64,000 nucleotides of DNA from Octopus sinensis. Its lineage: Eukaryota. Below the pieces are notes generated by a model. The model worked only from the letters and a program-made list of their open reading frames with translations. It did no database searches and was not told the DNA's origin. Of this stretch, positions 1 through 12,748 are shown piece after piece. Positions within the stretch are counted from its first letter, which is position 1; each line of letters begins with the position of its first letter. The position numbers were made by a program, and so were the translations under genes. The stretch lies in NCBI RefSeq assembly GCF_006345805.1, contig NC_043000.1, forward strand, positions 138,446,001 through 138,510,000, read 5' to 3'.

Positions 1-115
1 CAATAACAAAATTCCTATATCAACCCAAAATAAATCTCTCTACCATAATTTTCAATTCCAATTCTAAAGGGTCGAAAAGAAAACAAATCCGAGCAACACC
101 GGGCAATACTGCTAG
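1..115 (+). mobile_element. 3' end of a non-autonomous Helitron (5' part outside window)
   Basis: CCGAGCAACACCGGG hairpin-like motif followed by CAATACTG-CTAG|T (CTAG 112-115); nearly the same terminus as 22407-22434 and 32903-32930. Confidence 0.8.
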
Positions 116-1807
116 TATTAAATAAAGGAATGATAATATAATCATTACTACTGTGACAATTCCTATTAATTCTGCTAGAATCCTATTGTCATATTCTGGG
201 ATGGTTTGTTAACATTCAACATTGTTGTTAAACTCACACAAGAACTATGCTCTGTCATGATTATATCAATATATATAATCATAAACTGTACTGTTTTTTT
301 TTTCTTTGCTTCGTATTTTAATGATTTTCTTTTATTTCTTGAGATCACAATATTTAGATAATTCATCATTGTTATTGTGTTTTAAGTTTTCAAATATTTG
401 TTTCCCTAAATTACATATTTCTGATATATTGATGTTTCTATTTTAGTAATGTAACAAGTCTTCTTTTTAAATATCACACCCTTCCATCTAGCCGCAACAT
501 CAGCTTGCCTCGAAACGTTTATTGTTTGGCAGAGTAGCACATATGATTTCAGAGTAATTTAGAAATTAAACAGATGTCTTTTTAAATAGTTCAGCTATTA
601 GAAACATGAGTGCTTGTTAACGTTTTAAAGAAATTTTATATAATCATCAGCTTATTGTATTTCTTGAATTATTGGCTGTCTTATCAGACTCTGTTTGAGA
701 GAATATTTGGATGGTATCCAATTCTCAGGATCATTTAATATTATCAGGAATCAAATGTAGTTTGATCAGCAGAATAGATATATTTCTCTTGAAAAACAGA
801 ATTTATTACTTTTGAAACCAGGATCAGTCCTGCTATTGACATATTGGTAAATTTATCTATGATATAATTCATATAATGTCTCTGATGATCATGCCACAAG
901 TGGGTGATTTGTGGCTGTAATTTCTTTCGCTAAAACAAAAAGTGTATTTCATGACCTGAAAAACTTTATCTGTAAATGTGTTTTAATTGTTAAAAACAAA
1001 TACCCTCCTCATCATCATCATAATTACCCCATCTTCCACTTCCTCTACCTCCTTCTCCATATCATTGTTGATGTCACCACCACCGCCATCACCACCACCA
1101 CTACCATATAATGCAACAGGAGTATCAGTAGCATCAGTAATGGCATTCTTATTTTAGCATTGAATTTCTGTGTTGAAAATCTAATATAATATGCCACCAG
1201 CCAGCCAGCCAGCCAACCAGCCTAAATTTCTCTTCATTTATCACTAAGTCATAATATCATTATATCTAACTTCACTATTTCTTTCCTCAATCGTTTGACT
1301 ATCATTTATTTTAAGTATGATTTCCCTCTACCGTCCTTTTGTATATCACTTATTCATACCATATACCATTGAATTTGTCTCTCTTGCACATGTCAGCTGA
1401 AAGCGTTAATGCCCAAACATTCACTCAACTCACATGTGCCTCTCTCTCTTCATACAAATTAGCATAATACACCCAACAGATAATTTATTTCTAACACTAC
1501 ATTTATTTTAAATTCGATGTTCGTAAAATAGATGATGGACTATTCAATCGAACAGATAACACAAATATACTCTTTCCAACAAGCTTCTCAATTTCATTTG
1601 CATAACACCGATCAACCCAAGTATATGAATGAAAGCAATTGTCTGAGATACTGTCTAGTGGGAACAATACCTAAACCATGTCTTGTGTCATACAATTTGT
1701 AAGTTTGAAATCTCTACAGTAAAACTCGATAAAGTGAATTCAGCTTAGCTCTGCATTTATTTTGTATTTCCACATAATGTAGTCCAGTCTGCAGCAACAA
1801 AAATTAC

Positions 1808-1872
1808 AGCGGTGGTGCCCCAGCATGACCGCGGCCTTCGGGCTAAAACATTTTTAAGGATTTAAGGATTTA
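1808..1872 (+). mobile_element. short 5'-truncated SINE/LINE tail with (AAGGATTT)n end
   Basis: GGTGCCCCAGCATG(A/G)CCGCGGCC...AAAACATTTTTAAGGATTTAAGGATTT; reverse-complement copy at about 44274-44330; shares the GTGCTCCAGCATGGCC motif with the family A SINE tail. Confidence 0.55.
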
Positions 1873-1980
1873 ATATAAACACATTATATGAGATGCTTAT
1901 GAATCAAAATATCAAAACAATTAAAAGAAGTTTAGTAGAAATTCCTAATATAGTCATTCCTTTTATATTTTCCTGTCTTT

Positions 1981-2019
<39 letters not shown>

Positions 2020-2021
<2 letters not shown>

Positions 2022-2560
2022 CAAAACGCCCCCATCCAATGGACGGTGCTGAGTTGTCAAACATTTAAACCAAATTTTCTCAAAACAACTTGTCCGACCG
2101 TCCCATAGGCCTCCCCTTAGAAAAACACTGTTTTAACCTAAATTTAAGACACCAGCAAAAAAAAAGAAAGGAAGATAGGCTTTTCTTGCGTACGCATAGT
2201 ATCGATCGCAACAGCTGGTGTACATGCACGTACAAATGCACGTTCCCACGGCTTTATCGATCAATTTCTCACCTGGAATTGATTTTTGTAATTTTTCCAA
2301 GATTTATACACGCCTTGATATCGTCGGTATCTAAATATCAAATTTGAGCACAATCTGATGGAGGATGCCCGAGATCGTAGAAGACACACACACAGATGCA
2401 GGAGTAGCTGTGTGGTAAGTAGCTTGCTTACCAACCACATGGTTCCGGGTTCAGTCCCTCTGCATGGCACCTTGGGCAAATGTCTTCTACTATAGCGTCG
2501 GGCCAACCAAAGCCTCGTGAGTGGATTTGGTAGATGGAAACTGAAAGAAGCCCATCGTAC

Positions 2561-2613
<53 letters not shown>

Positions 2614-2875
2614 CATGTGTATTTGTGTGTCTGTGTTTGTCCCCCTATCATTGCTTGACAACCGATGCTGGTGTGTTTATGTCCCCGTCACTTAGCGGTT
2701 CGGCAAAAGAGACCGATAGAATAAGTACTGGGCTTACAAAGAATAAGTCCCGGGGTCGAGTTGCTCGACTAAAGGCGGTGCTCCAGCATGGCCACAGTCA
2801 AATGACTGAAACAAGTAAAAGAGTAAAGAGTAAAGAGAGACAGACAGACAGACAGAACGGATTTTATATAATAGA
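2020..2875 (-). mobile_element. non-autonomous Helitron-like element, 5' end intact, 3' end missing, interrupted by a SINE
   Basis: Minus strand begins A|TCTATTATATAAAATCCGTT(CTGT)n, the same 5' architecture as the other Helitrons here; a family A SINE is inserted in its microsatellite; no CTAG/hairpin found at the left end. Confidence 0.55.
2395..2837 (+). mobile_element. tRNA-derived SINE, family A
   Basis: A-box-like TAGCTGTGTGG, B-box GGTTCAGTCCC, internal (TA)n/(TG)n, tail ACAAGTAAAAGAGTAAAGAG; about 8 near-complete copies in window. Confidence 0.9.
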
Positions 2876-3204
2876 TTTAGAAAGCCAGTGATCCTTGTAT
2901 TTATCCTGTCAATAGTTTATTACTTACTTATAGTTTACTACTCTACTTATAACTTCTCTTAAGTTTTTCCATTTCTCTGCACTTCTGCCATTTCTTTTAT
3001 ATTTGCTTAATTCTTCTTTTCTCTCAATTTACTGTCCTTTCATCTCTCATTTTCTTAAAATCTGTTTAAACACAACCTTTGTGCCTTTTCTTCATTTCTC
3101 TTTGATATGAAATGTTTAAGACATTACTTCTCTTTGCAGTTCTCTAATACATTCTAATCTATGCTTTCCCTTAAAGTTTACACTTTGCCCATTTCAAATA
3201 TCGT

Positions 3205-3570
3205 CATCATCATCATGACCATCATCATTTATCGTCCGCTTTCCATGCTAGCATGGGTTGGACAGTTCAACTGGGGTCTGTGAAGCCAGAAGGCTGCATC
3301 AGGCCAGTCTGATCTGGCAGTGTTTCTACGGCTGTATGCCCTTCCTAACGCCAACCACTCCGTGTGTGTAGTGGGTGCTTTTTACGTGCCACCCGCACAG
3401 GTGCCAGACGGAGCTGGCATACGGCCACGGACGGATGGTGCTTTTTACATGCCACCGGCACAGGGTCCAGGCGAGGCTGGCAATGGCCACGATCGGATAG
3501 TGCTTTTTATGTGCCACCGGCACGGGGGCCAGGCAAGGCTGGCAATGGCCACGAACGGATGGTGTATTTT
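3205..3570 (-). mobile_element. non-autonomous retroposon family B, (GAT)n tail, 3 internal ~60-bp units
   Basis: Element strand ends CCAACCCATGCTAGCATGGAAAGCGGACG-AT-AAATGATGATG; core TTAGGAAGGGCAT; tandem GTGCC-nnn-GGCAC units; about 15 copies in window. Confidence 0.85.
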
Positions 3571-4151
3571 TAAAATATATATATTTTTCAATTGAATTAT
3601 AGAACCCGTGTTGCTCTAAAGCAAGCTCTATAAGGGAGACCGTAGATCAAAACAAGTTCGTCCATGACCTTCAAAACATAGCGTTTGTAGGACAAGATTT
3701 TATGTGTACTTCCTTATTCAGGAAGGATTTAAGGAAAATCAGATGCTATTTTTAGCCGGGTAAATGGCTATGTTAAGGTTACTATAGAGGCAGTAACATG
3801 GAAGATGAAACTAAGACATTGTTATATTTCTATGAAAAAAATAAATTGTAGAATGGCAAACTATGGACAAAATATGTTCAGGTATTTGGTTTAGTTTTTG
3901 AGTTAAATTCTCACTCAAGTCAGCTTTACATTTCATCTTTGCCAGATTGATAGACTAAGGAGTATAAATAAGGAGTATCATTCCTTTTATATTTTCCTGT
4001 CTTTGTTGATGAAATTACATATGCCATTTAAGGCAGTGCTCATTCTTGACCGAAGTCCAGTGATTGAAATTAATAAAAAGGTAAAATAAATAAGTTTGGA
4101 TGGTGACACATTCAGTAATAAAACAAAAAAAGTTACAGAAAGATCTGCAGT

Positions 4152-4286
4152 AGGCATAGGAGCTTGCTTACCAACCACATGGTTTCAGGTACAGTCCCAT
4201 TGCATGTCACCTTGGGCAAGTGTATTCTACTATTGCCTTGGGCCCACCAAAGCCATATGAATGGATTTGGTAGAAGGAAACTGTCG

Positions 4287-4319
<33 letters not shown>

Positions 4320-4520
4320 CTGTCTGTGTGCGTCTGTCTGTGTTTGTCCCTCCATCATCGCTTAACAGCCGATGTTGGTGTGTTTACATCCCTGCAAAAG
4401 AGACTGATAGAATAAGTACTAGGCTTACAATGAATAAGTTCTGGGGTCAAATTGTTTGACTAAAGGTGGTGCTCCAGCATGGCCGCAGTCAAACGGACTG
4501 AAACAAACAAATAAAAGAAA
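4152..4520 (+). mobile_element. SINE family A, diverged copy
   Basis: Aligns by eye to 2395-2837 with deletions in head and body. Confidence 0.85.
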
Positions 4521-4897
4521 ATGTTTATTTTTTAGTGGATGTAGTTTATTTAGAAGCTACTTGACCATTTTCTTCCTATTGTACAATCTGAACTAGTGTT
4601 CAGTGTGCAATGTGCTAAACACAAAACAATGCATGTTTAGGACGGGAAAAAAAACAGATTGGCACTTATCTACATTACCATCATATTCTATATCACATGT
4701 AAAATTTCTTCACTGAATTAGTCAAATAATACCAAACATAAATCTTTGTAAATCACAAACAAAAAGGAGACTACGCGTAATAACATATGTAGATACACTT
4801 TATGCATCAAACCATCACATACCTATATATGTTTTATCAGGACATGAGCTCTTGAAACGGCTGTTGAAAGTGAACCTACTCAAATATACCATTTATA

Positions 4898-5050
4898 GTT
4901 TGGTGTTAGGAAGGGCATCCAGCTGTAGAAACACTGCCAGATCTGACTGGCCTGGTGCAGCCTTCGGGCTTGCCAGACCCCAGTTGAACCGTCCAACCCA
5001 TGCTAGCATGGAAAGCGGACGTTAAACGATGATGATGATGATGATGATGA
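4898..5050 (+). mobile_element. family B, 5'-truncated
   Basis: TTAGGAAGGGCATCCAGCTGTAGAAAC...GGAAAGCGGACGTTAAAC(GAT)n. Confidence 0.85.
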
Positions 5051-6429
5051 TACCGAACTCTATGGATCTTTTAATCGAAACTCTTAACTGCTCTTAATTT
5101 CTGTACGAAAAACATTTTTTCAGTCCTCTTTTTCTTAGTGCTTTTTTTCTCACACTTCCTTCCATACATATCCCACATGGGTTTTATTTTCATGTATTTT
5201 TATGTATATCTATAAATATATTTATATATATCATATTAGCCGGTGTTCTTCAAACGATGAATATCTTTGCGTAAACCACGGTCTGTTTTGTTCTCTTACT
5301 TTATTATCATCTTATAATAATGACTTTTATGACTCATATTACTACCTCAGTCATTCTAAACGTATATATTTGTTGTTACCTGTCATAAATAACCTTTTTT
5401 TTTATTTGCAATGTGCATTTTCGTTGATTTTTCATATTTTACCCGTACGTTTCCACGTGTATTTTATATTTTCTTTTTGTAACATATTTCTCCTATATAT
5501 TTATATTTTATAAATATATTTTTTAAATATTCTTGTGTAGATATGTATTAATATATGTATACGCATTTTAAGTCGAATTTATAAATGCATGAGTATGATT
5601 GCCAAACTTGAATTTATATCTTAATTCTTGTATATATATATTATATCGTATCATTTAAACCATTTTCCTATCACTTCCCTGGCAGGTATCATGTGAATTT
5701 TATTTCCAAACCTTGCCAGTCCAGAAATTTCCTACCAAAACTTCCTTTGCCAAATCTAGTGAAACCTATCCTTGCTTTCTGAATAACTTATAGACACATT
5801 GCCAGTTCTGTGCATAAAACAGTTCCCTTAGACAAAATGGGATGCTGAACAAACTGTCTTTTCACACATAATACAAACCTGATTACTTAAAATTTTGGGT
5901 TAACATCTACATTACTTAATGTTGGTAGTTCCCTGTATTTTACCATTTGTATTGATTATTTTAGTACCATTTTATTTCCTTGTATTAGCTCCTTTATTGT
6001 AATCCCATATGCAATCATTTTTTGGCATCAGTTCTTTTACAATTATCATATTGTATTTCGTTTTAGGTTTTTATCAGTTACATAATTGTCATGTTTTATT
6101 TGCTGCTTACAGATTCATGTATTGATACATATTCAAGTAAGTAATTTGAACCATCTATATAAAGCTTTTGTAGAATTATTGTCCACTTTTCTTTTCCCAA
6201 AATGTTTGTCTAGAAGTGTCCTTTGAACCTTGCTTAGTGTAATTTCAAGCATTAAAAAACAAAAAATGAATAAGAGCAACCCAGCTAGTTCAAAAGATAT
6301 ATATCATGATGTATTAAGTAACTAGAAATATCTATTTTCAAATATTTCAAAATATCATCCGAGGCCATTCCTTAGATGAATTTGACTTTTATCATTACTA
6401 ATGTAGCTAAGCATTTATAAAGTAGTAGA

Positions 6430-6625
6430 TATTGTTGTGTTGCTTCATGTCATCTTTGATCAAGCTGATCTATGGTCAAAAATATTCCGGCTCTGATTCT
6501 TACATCTTTATTTTCAGGAAGAAATTATTTAGGATTATATTATCCAATGTGTCCTTTTATTTTTAAGATGGTAATGTGCAATTTGAGGATAATTTGGTTG
6601 CTGCTTCTAGTAGAGTAGGTGATCA
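6430..6625 (-). repeat. old dispersed repeat (degenerate SINE-like family)
   Basis: Related degenerate segments at about 3640-3790, 24810-24890, 49310-49420 and 49965-50065 (CTAGAAATARCAGCCAAAT...CATCTTAAAA...GGACACATTGGATAAT motif). Confidence 0.45.
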
Positions 6626-7424
6626 TGCAGAGGTTTCAGTTTGTTTAATAGTGATATACTATTTTAGACTTGGAGGAAGAAATACCACATTTTAACGTGT
6701 ACAAGGAGCCCTTTTTTGTCAAAAATTAGGTTAAAATATATGTGAGTTTCTTATACATGGATAGTATTATAATCCCTTACAAAACCTTATTCCCAAATTT
6801 TAAGCCTCCAAAGGGGGTTCCTTATATATGTTAAAATACAATAACTGCGAATGCAAACTTATCAACTCAAAAAAAAAAAATAAGATAATGAAAGAATAAA
6901 ATAAAAGTGAAAGTATTCTTTTGAGAATCGATTGGCAGAATTGATAAAGACTTTTATGTCTATTCAATTCTGAGTTCAAATCCTGCCCAGTTCAAATCTT
7001 TTCAACTTTCTCTTTCTTTGTCCTCGGTTGATATAAAAGCGACCAGATAACGTCTCAACTTCAGTACAATTGACTGAAGCTGTGAAATGGTTGCCACAGC
7101 AAGGCCACAGACTAATGAATGAATACTGTAAAAATTACAAGAAAACATGAATTTAGATATCCTAACTTTCTTGTTTTGAGTTTCTTAGACATTAGTGTAT
7201 TGAAAGAAATTTACATTTTATTAATGTTGAAAATAAGCAAGTAGAGAACTGGCAATAGATTTTTGTCAAGTTATGAAGGAATAATATAATTTTGAAACTG
7301 ATTTCATATTCTATTCACTTAATTATAGAAATATATTGACAAATTTGTTTTTAAATATTACTGTAGTTTGTAAAATAACTATAAAGCTTTTCGTTTTTGG
7401 ATTTGGTGTGCAAGATTCTTTATA

Positions 7425-7715
7425 TGAGTTTGAGTATTGAAGCATATTCTGTTGTGTCTGGGGAGAGACATTTTCTTTTTGTGCCTTATAATGTAACACA
7501 CTCACCGGTAAAATTTCCACTTATTTCTTATTTTTATTTTCCTAAAATTTCATTGTGTTTTGCAACTTTTTCAATAGTCTTGACAGTGGAAATTTTATCA
7601 GTGAGTATGTTACATTATAAGGCACCTAAAGAGTGTGTTACATTATAATGCACAAGAAGAAAATGACTCTCCCCAGACACAACAGAGTATAAAGCTTTTG
7701 ATTCGTAAATTTATA
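7425..7715. repeat. fold-back/MITE-like inverted repeat
   Basis: TCTGTTGTGTCTGGGGAGAG...GTGCCTTATAATGTAACACACTCACCGGTAAAATTTCCACT is mirrored by AGTGGAAATTTTATCAGTGAGTATGTTACATTATAAGGCAC...CTCTCCCCAGACACAACAGA; ~65-bp spacer; the right arm has an internal duplication. Confidence 0.8.
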
Positions 7716-9494
7716 GATATAAAAAATTTGAATGAATATTAAACATGGTAATCTCACTTGTTTCAGTGGGCCAGTAAAGGCAAAGGTTAAATCCCCTTTA
7801 TATAGAACAAATTAATTAAAAACACAAACATAAAGTCAATTAAAGAGAGTTTTTTTTGTTGCTATAATCTAAACATTAGCTCAAAGGTATTTTGATATCT
7901 ATTTTATAAGTAATTAGTATTAGTATGGAATTCAGAAAACGAGATGATTCTTAATGAGACAGCCAAGAGACAAGAAACAATATAAATATAAGTTTCCCTG
8001 TTAGAATAAACTATGATCATTATTGTATTATTTTCTTCATTGAACATTGACATACTTTAATCTAATGAAGTAAAAAATCTGAAAAATAGAACCACTGGGA
8101 GAGGAAAACACTAGCTCAGTTATTAATGCTATTCAAAACTAATTAATAAGGAATGACCACCTTGAAATGTTAATCATCCAGCTTGACAGCATATAAACTA
8201 TATGATATTATAAGCCACTTCTCAATTTCAGGAGGCCATTTCTTGAATGACCACTTAATAGTAAATCAGAACAAAAATTTCCATTTCCATATATATATAT
8301 AGTTTAGGTATGAGAGATCAGTTCAGCAAAAATTTAGATTCAGATGAATATGGTACTTAAGTTGAGGCACCAGAATTTAGTACGGTATTATCCATACAAT
8401 TTCAAAATAAGGTGATTATAATCAAAATAAGCAACAAGGATGTCCAGAGGTAATGCAGTACAATCATTTCAGGCAATTCCATTTAATTGAATAATGCAAT
8501 CATTACATCAATTTAAAATGTAGAGAAACCTTCAGCTGCACAAAGATATGGAGTTTAATTAAATTAGAACAGATGGACACATTAGCATAATTATACCTAA
8601 AATCTCCAAGAAGTTAAGGAGATAGACAAAGAACATGTTGTACCTACAACAGTATAGTCGTAACTCAGAATGTTCCACAGCGTAAGGCATATATACATAC
8701 ATATATATACATACTGACCTATATATGTATATATATATATGTGTGTGTGTATGTGTGCATATATGGGTACAGGACGTCACAAAACGTAAACAACACGAAA
8801 TATGAAAACATTATCCGAAATTCGAAAAACATGAAATACGAAGACAAACTTTTTTTGCGAACAATGAGAGGAACAAAAGGAAAACAAGATAAGTAACATA
8901 ATGAACGACCCTTCATCAGTTGTTAGCTGTTTATCTACTCTACATTACGAGCAATTCACGACAATATGTGCTTTCGAGAAAACAGTTGCTCCCGCAAACC
9001 AAAATAAATTTGGGATTTTGCAAAGGGTTAAAGATGGTAACAAACACAGGACAGTGAAACAAATAGTGAGGGCTGCTAAGCCATACGGAGTTAGGCGGCT
9101 GACGCTGAGGAACATTCTTTGGCAGCTATATATATATATATATGTAGGTGTGTGTGTGTGTTTAAATGTATCCTTTAAGTTCGTTTACAGGAAACATTTT
9201 GAATATGCATATAAAAGCTCTCGTTTTATTATGCTGGCCACAGTTAAACATCCATTAATGCTATATCACCCAAAGAAATGAGTGCATGAATATGACCTAC
9301 CTGATGTCCATGGACACTGTGGGCTGCTCTGTAATCATCCTAGGAATACGGACGACGATTTTAAAGAACATTTGATTTGTGGAAACGTGCGTAGTGATGA
9401 ATTAAGATATTCATAAATTCCATCCAAGGATTACTATTATTATTACTGCTGCAGCTGCTGCTACTATGTATATATATATATATATATATATAAT

Positions 9495-9600
9495 ATGTTA
9501 CAATTACTCAATAGTCAAGATAAAACTCTGAGTTTCAGATGCCGAAGTGGAAATCTACAACACCATCTCTTCGGTTATCTGGCCATCTGAAAAACGCTAT
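9495..9600 (-). mobile_element. Penelope-like pLTR fragment with hammerhead-like motif (9519-9579)
   Basis: Homologous to the inverted arms at 21489-21577 and 21770-21876; minus strand GATAA-CCGAAGA-GATG..CATC-T-GAA-ACTCAGAGT-T-TTATC. Confidence 0.65.
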
Positions 9601-9944
9601 GAAAAAATACCGTTATACAAAGAGAAATTTCTGTGTTATAATTTTGCTACTTATATAAAATAAAATTAAAAGTTCATAGTAAACACATAAACATGGCTAG
9701 TCATACGCTCACATGTGCGCACGCGGACCCACGTGCGTACTTATACATCACTATGAAAACGTACACATCTTCACTCGCATTTTTCGCCAAATATATAAGC
9801 ATATATATACAAACTATATATATTGATTTTTAGAATAATGTTTTTTATAGTATATTTAATTTTTTCTATATGGTGTGAATAACATCTTTCCCTATTGAAT
9901 TTCTTAATAGAGGTTTTTCTCTAAATTATATAAATTTATATATG

Positions 9945-10510
9945 CTAGCTAATTAGCCCATCGTTGCCGGGCAACTTTTATAAAAGAATGTCTTATATAA
10001 AATTTTGTTTATTCCGTGTCAGACCATACCTTTCCCGTCAGACAGACCTCTTGATTAGGACAGATTTGAGCAATTTTTCGCAAAAACCTCGTTGAGGACT
10101 TTTTTCCTTTTAAAATTATTTACCTGTCTGTTCGATCATTTCACATGACTTTATTCATTAAAACTTATTAAAACTTCAGAAGTTCTTACAACTTTGATCA
10201 TCTAATTTTTTGCTTTCGTTTGTTTCATAAAAAAATCCTCCTCCTAATGATTTTGCTTTCATTTTGTGATAGACAGTTATCATGCAGAGAATGCCAGCTT
10301 CCAAATCCTGTTTTTCGACGAAGTAATATTTATTAAACTTTGAACCTCAGTAACATTTTTTGAGATCTTTCTGAAGAAAATAAATAACAAAATCGGATTT
10401 AACGTGAAAATTTATTTAAACATTCCAGATTTGAAGATTTTCCCGTAGATTTCAAATCTCACAATATGTAACAGCAACAGGGAAGAACCTAAAAAAGTAG
10501 AGAGACAGTT
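9945..10510 (-). mobile_element. possible degenerate non-autonomous Helitron
   Basis: Minus strand ends GCCCGGCAACGATGGGC-TAATTAG-CTAG, a degenerate version of the family hairpin plus CTAG; 5' boundary uncertain. Confidence 0.4.
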
Positions 10511-10624
10511 ATAGGATGTGATGCACACACACACACATACAAACACATACACACATACACATTTACAAACGTGCACATAAGTAATCACGAGTTTAGAATG
10601 TTGTATGGTAGGCATATGTATGTA

Positions 10625-10930
10625 CGAGGTCTGATCAATAAGTATCCGGACAGTTGCCATAGTAACGAAGCTAAAGCACGCAGTGTAAAGCCGCTGGGTT
10701 CAAATTGACCTTGAACTCTGCTGTGTATGTGCACTAAGGTTTAACATTCTAGCTTTCATCCGCTACTTAGAGCAGTGCTTGGAAAGAACGTGTGTAGTGT
10801 GTGATCATCGCATTGACTATCACAGAGGAAGTTGTCATGGCGATACCTGTTCAGAGGCATACGCAAATTTGCAGAAAGTGTATGGAGAGGAGTGTACAAG
10901 CCACACACAAGTGTACAAGTGGTTCAGACT
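10625..10930 (+). mobile_element. mariner-like DNA transposon, 5' fragment
   Basis: TA|CGAGGTCTGATCAATAAGTATCCGGAC TIR-like start; remnant peptide AYANLQKVYGEECTSHTQVYKWFR (mariner N-terminal HTH); second copy at 40762. Confidence 0.8.
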
Positions 10931-11434
10931 GTCTGAGTGAAAGAAAGTGACATAATTTCTTTTCTACAGTAACCAAATTCGCAACCTGAAGGTAACAAGT
11001 AAGCAAGTAGGGCTTACTGACCAGAAGAGGATCCAACAGTAGAAAAGCTGAATCAACAGGTTATTTGTAATATTCTGTCACCAGAGAGTTTGGAAAAAGA
11101 GATGTGAAAATAATGATGATGATGATGATGATGATGATGACAATGATGACAACAATGAGGTTGATGTAAGTTAAGAGACTGTGTGCAGGTATTTTCTAAG
11201 TAGTAGGATAAAGCTTTTTAGATTATATGGAGAACCTACAACTTATTAAATTAACCCCACTGCATGGTAAATTATTAATACTGTTTTACACCATGAGAAA
11301 ATGGCAGGAAGATTCACCTCTGGAATGATTTGAACTCAAAATAATAGAAGCATGAATCTACATCCTGTTAGATATTTGGACTATGTCCTATCATTTCTGT
11401 TACTTTGCTGTCTTAGTTAAAGTATATAGAAATA

Positions 11435-11805
11435 GTGGAGGCGCAATGGCCCAGTGGTTAGGGCAGCGGACTCGTGGTTTCGATTCCCAGACCAGGCGTT
11501 GTGAGTGTTTATTGAGCGAAAAACACCTAAAGCTCCACGAGGCTCTGGCAGGGGATGGTGGTGATCCCTGCTGTACTCTTTCACCACAACTTTCTCTCAC
11601 TCTTACTTCCTGTTTCTGTTGTACCTGTATTTCAAAGGGCCGGCCTTGTCACTCTCTGTGTCATGCTGAATATCCCTGAGAACTACGTTAAGGGTACACG
11701 TGTCTGTGGAGTGGTCAGCCACTTACACGTTAATTTCACGAGCAGGCTGTTCCGTTGATCGGATCAACCGGAACCCTCGTCGTCGTAACCGACGGAGTGC
11801 TTCCA
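11435..11805 (+). mobile_element. tRNA-derived SINE, family C head with tail X
   Basis: GGAGGCGCAATGGCCCAGTGGTTAGGGCAGCGGAC...GGTTTCGATTCCC (A/B boxes); head shared with 29084-29399 and 39605-39905; tail shared with the SINE at 28728-29520. Confidence 0.85.
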
Positions 11806-12441
11806 TATAGAAATAACAAAATTTTCACCAAACTGTCCGTTATTTAAGTTCTCGCCGAAACAAACACACATCTAATTCAAAATTATAAGCAATATTTCAT
11901 TTGTTATATAAGCAATAAATGGTAAAATATTAACGTGTGTTTCGTAACAAAATAAAAATGGTTTAAACAAAACAATGAAAATGGTACACCAAACTGTTAT
12001 ACATTTTAGTAATTTTATTGACAATTTTCTTTCTTTTCTCATATCAATATTAATGTTAGATACAACATATTTCTATCTTCATTTGTATTTTCATTACTGT
12101 ATTCGTAAGGAAGGAATAAATAGAAATGAGACAATATTAATTTTTTTCAGTCAGTCGAAGTGACATTTGTCGGGGCAATTAAAATTAATCAATTGTTTTT
12201 CAGACTTAATGATACCAGTTCAATATTCATCACGATTAACTTATTTCTTCAATTTGTTTTACCATTCCTTTTCACTATTCTTCAATTTTTCTACCTTACA
12301 GTTTTATATGTTATTTGTCTAGTTTGGAAATTCATACTGGGCTTGTTTGAGTTTCACATATCACTTCGTTTCAGTATCATCTCTACATAGTTACATACAT
12401 ACACAGATGTATGCATGTATGTATATGTATATATACATATA

Positions 12442-12483
<42 letters not shown>

Positions 12484-12597
12484 TATATATATTATATATA
12501 TATATATATATAATAATAATATTAGGGAATGAATCCAAAATTACAGGGAAAAATCAGATTTAGGGTTAAATCCAATTTTATAGTAAAATATTATATA

Positions 12598-12726
12598 ATA
12601 TAATTCGAGACAAAACCACTATTTTAAAACCAAACAAGGAAAGACTTAATCAATACATAAATTTTATGTATTGATTAAGTCTTTCCTTGTTTGGTTTTAA
12701 AGTAGTGGTTTTGTCTCGAATTATAT
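12598..12726. repeat. near-perfect palindrome (64-bp arms, 1-nt centre)
   Basis: ATATAATTCGAGACAAAACCACTATTTT...AATACATAAA-T-TTTATGTATT...GTCTCGAATTATAT, centre 12662, one mismatch; the left flank resembles 16615-16700. Confidence 0.9.
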
Positions 12727-12748
12727 CATATATATATATATATATATA

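Noticed and set aside
8765-9125. Probable Penelope fragment with CTGATGAAGGG on the minus strand
   Set aside because: Could not assemble complete stems or a peptide; left uncalled.
11435-11495. tRNA-like sequences at SINE heads
   Set aside because: A/B boxes are present but no complete cloverleaf; they run into SINE bodies in multiple copies.
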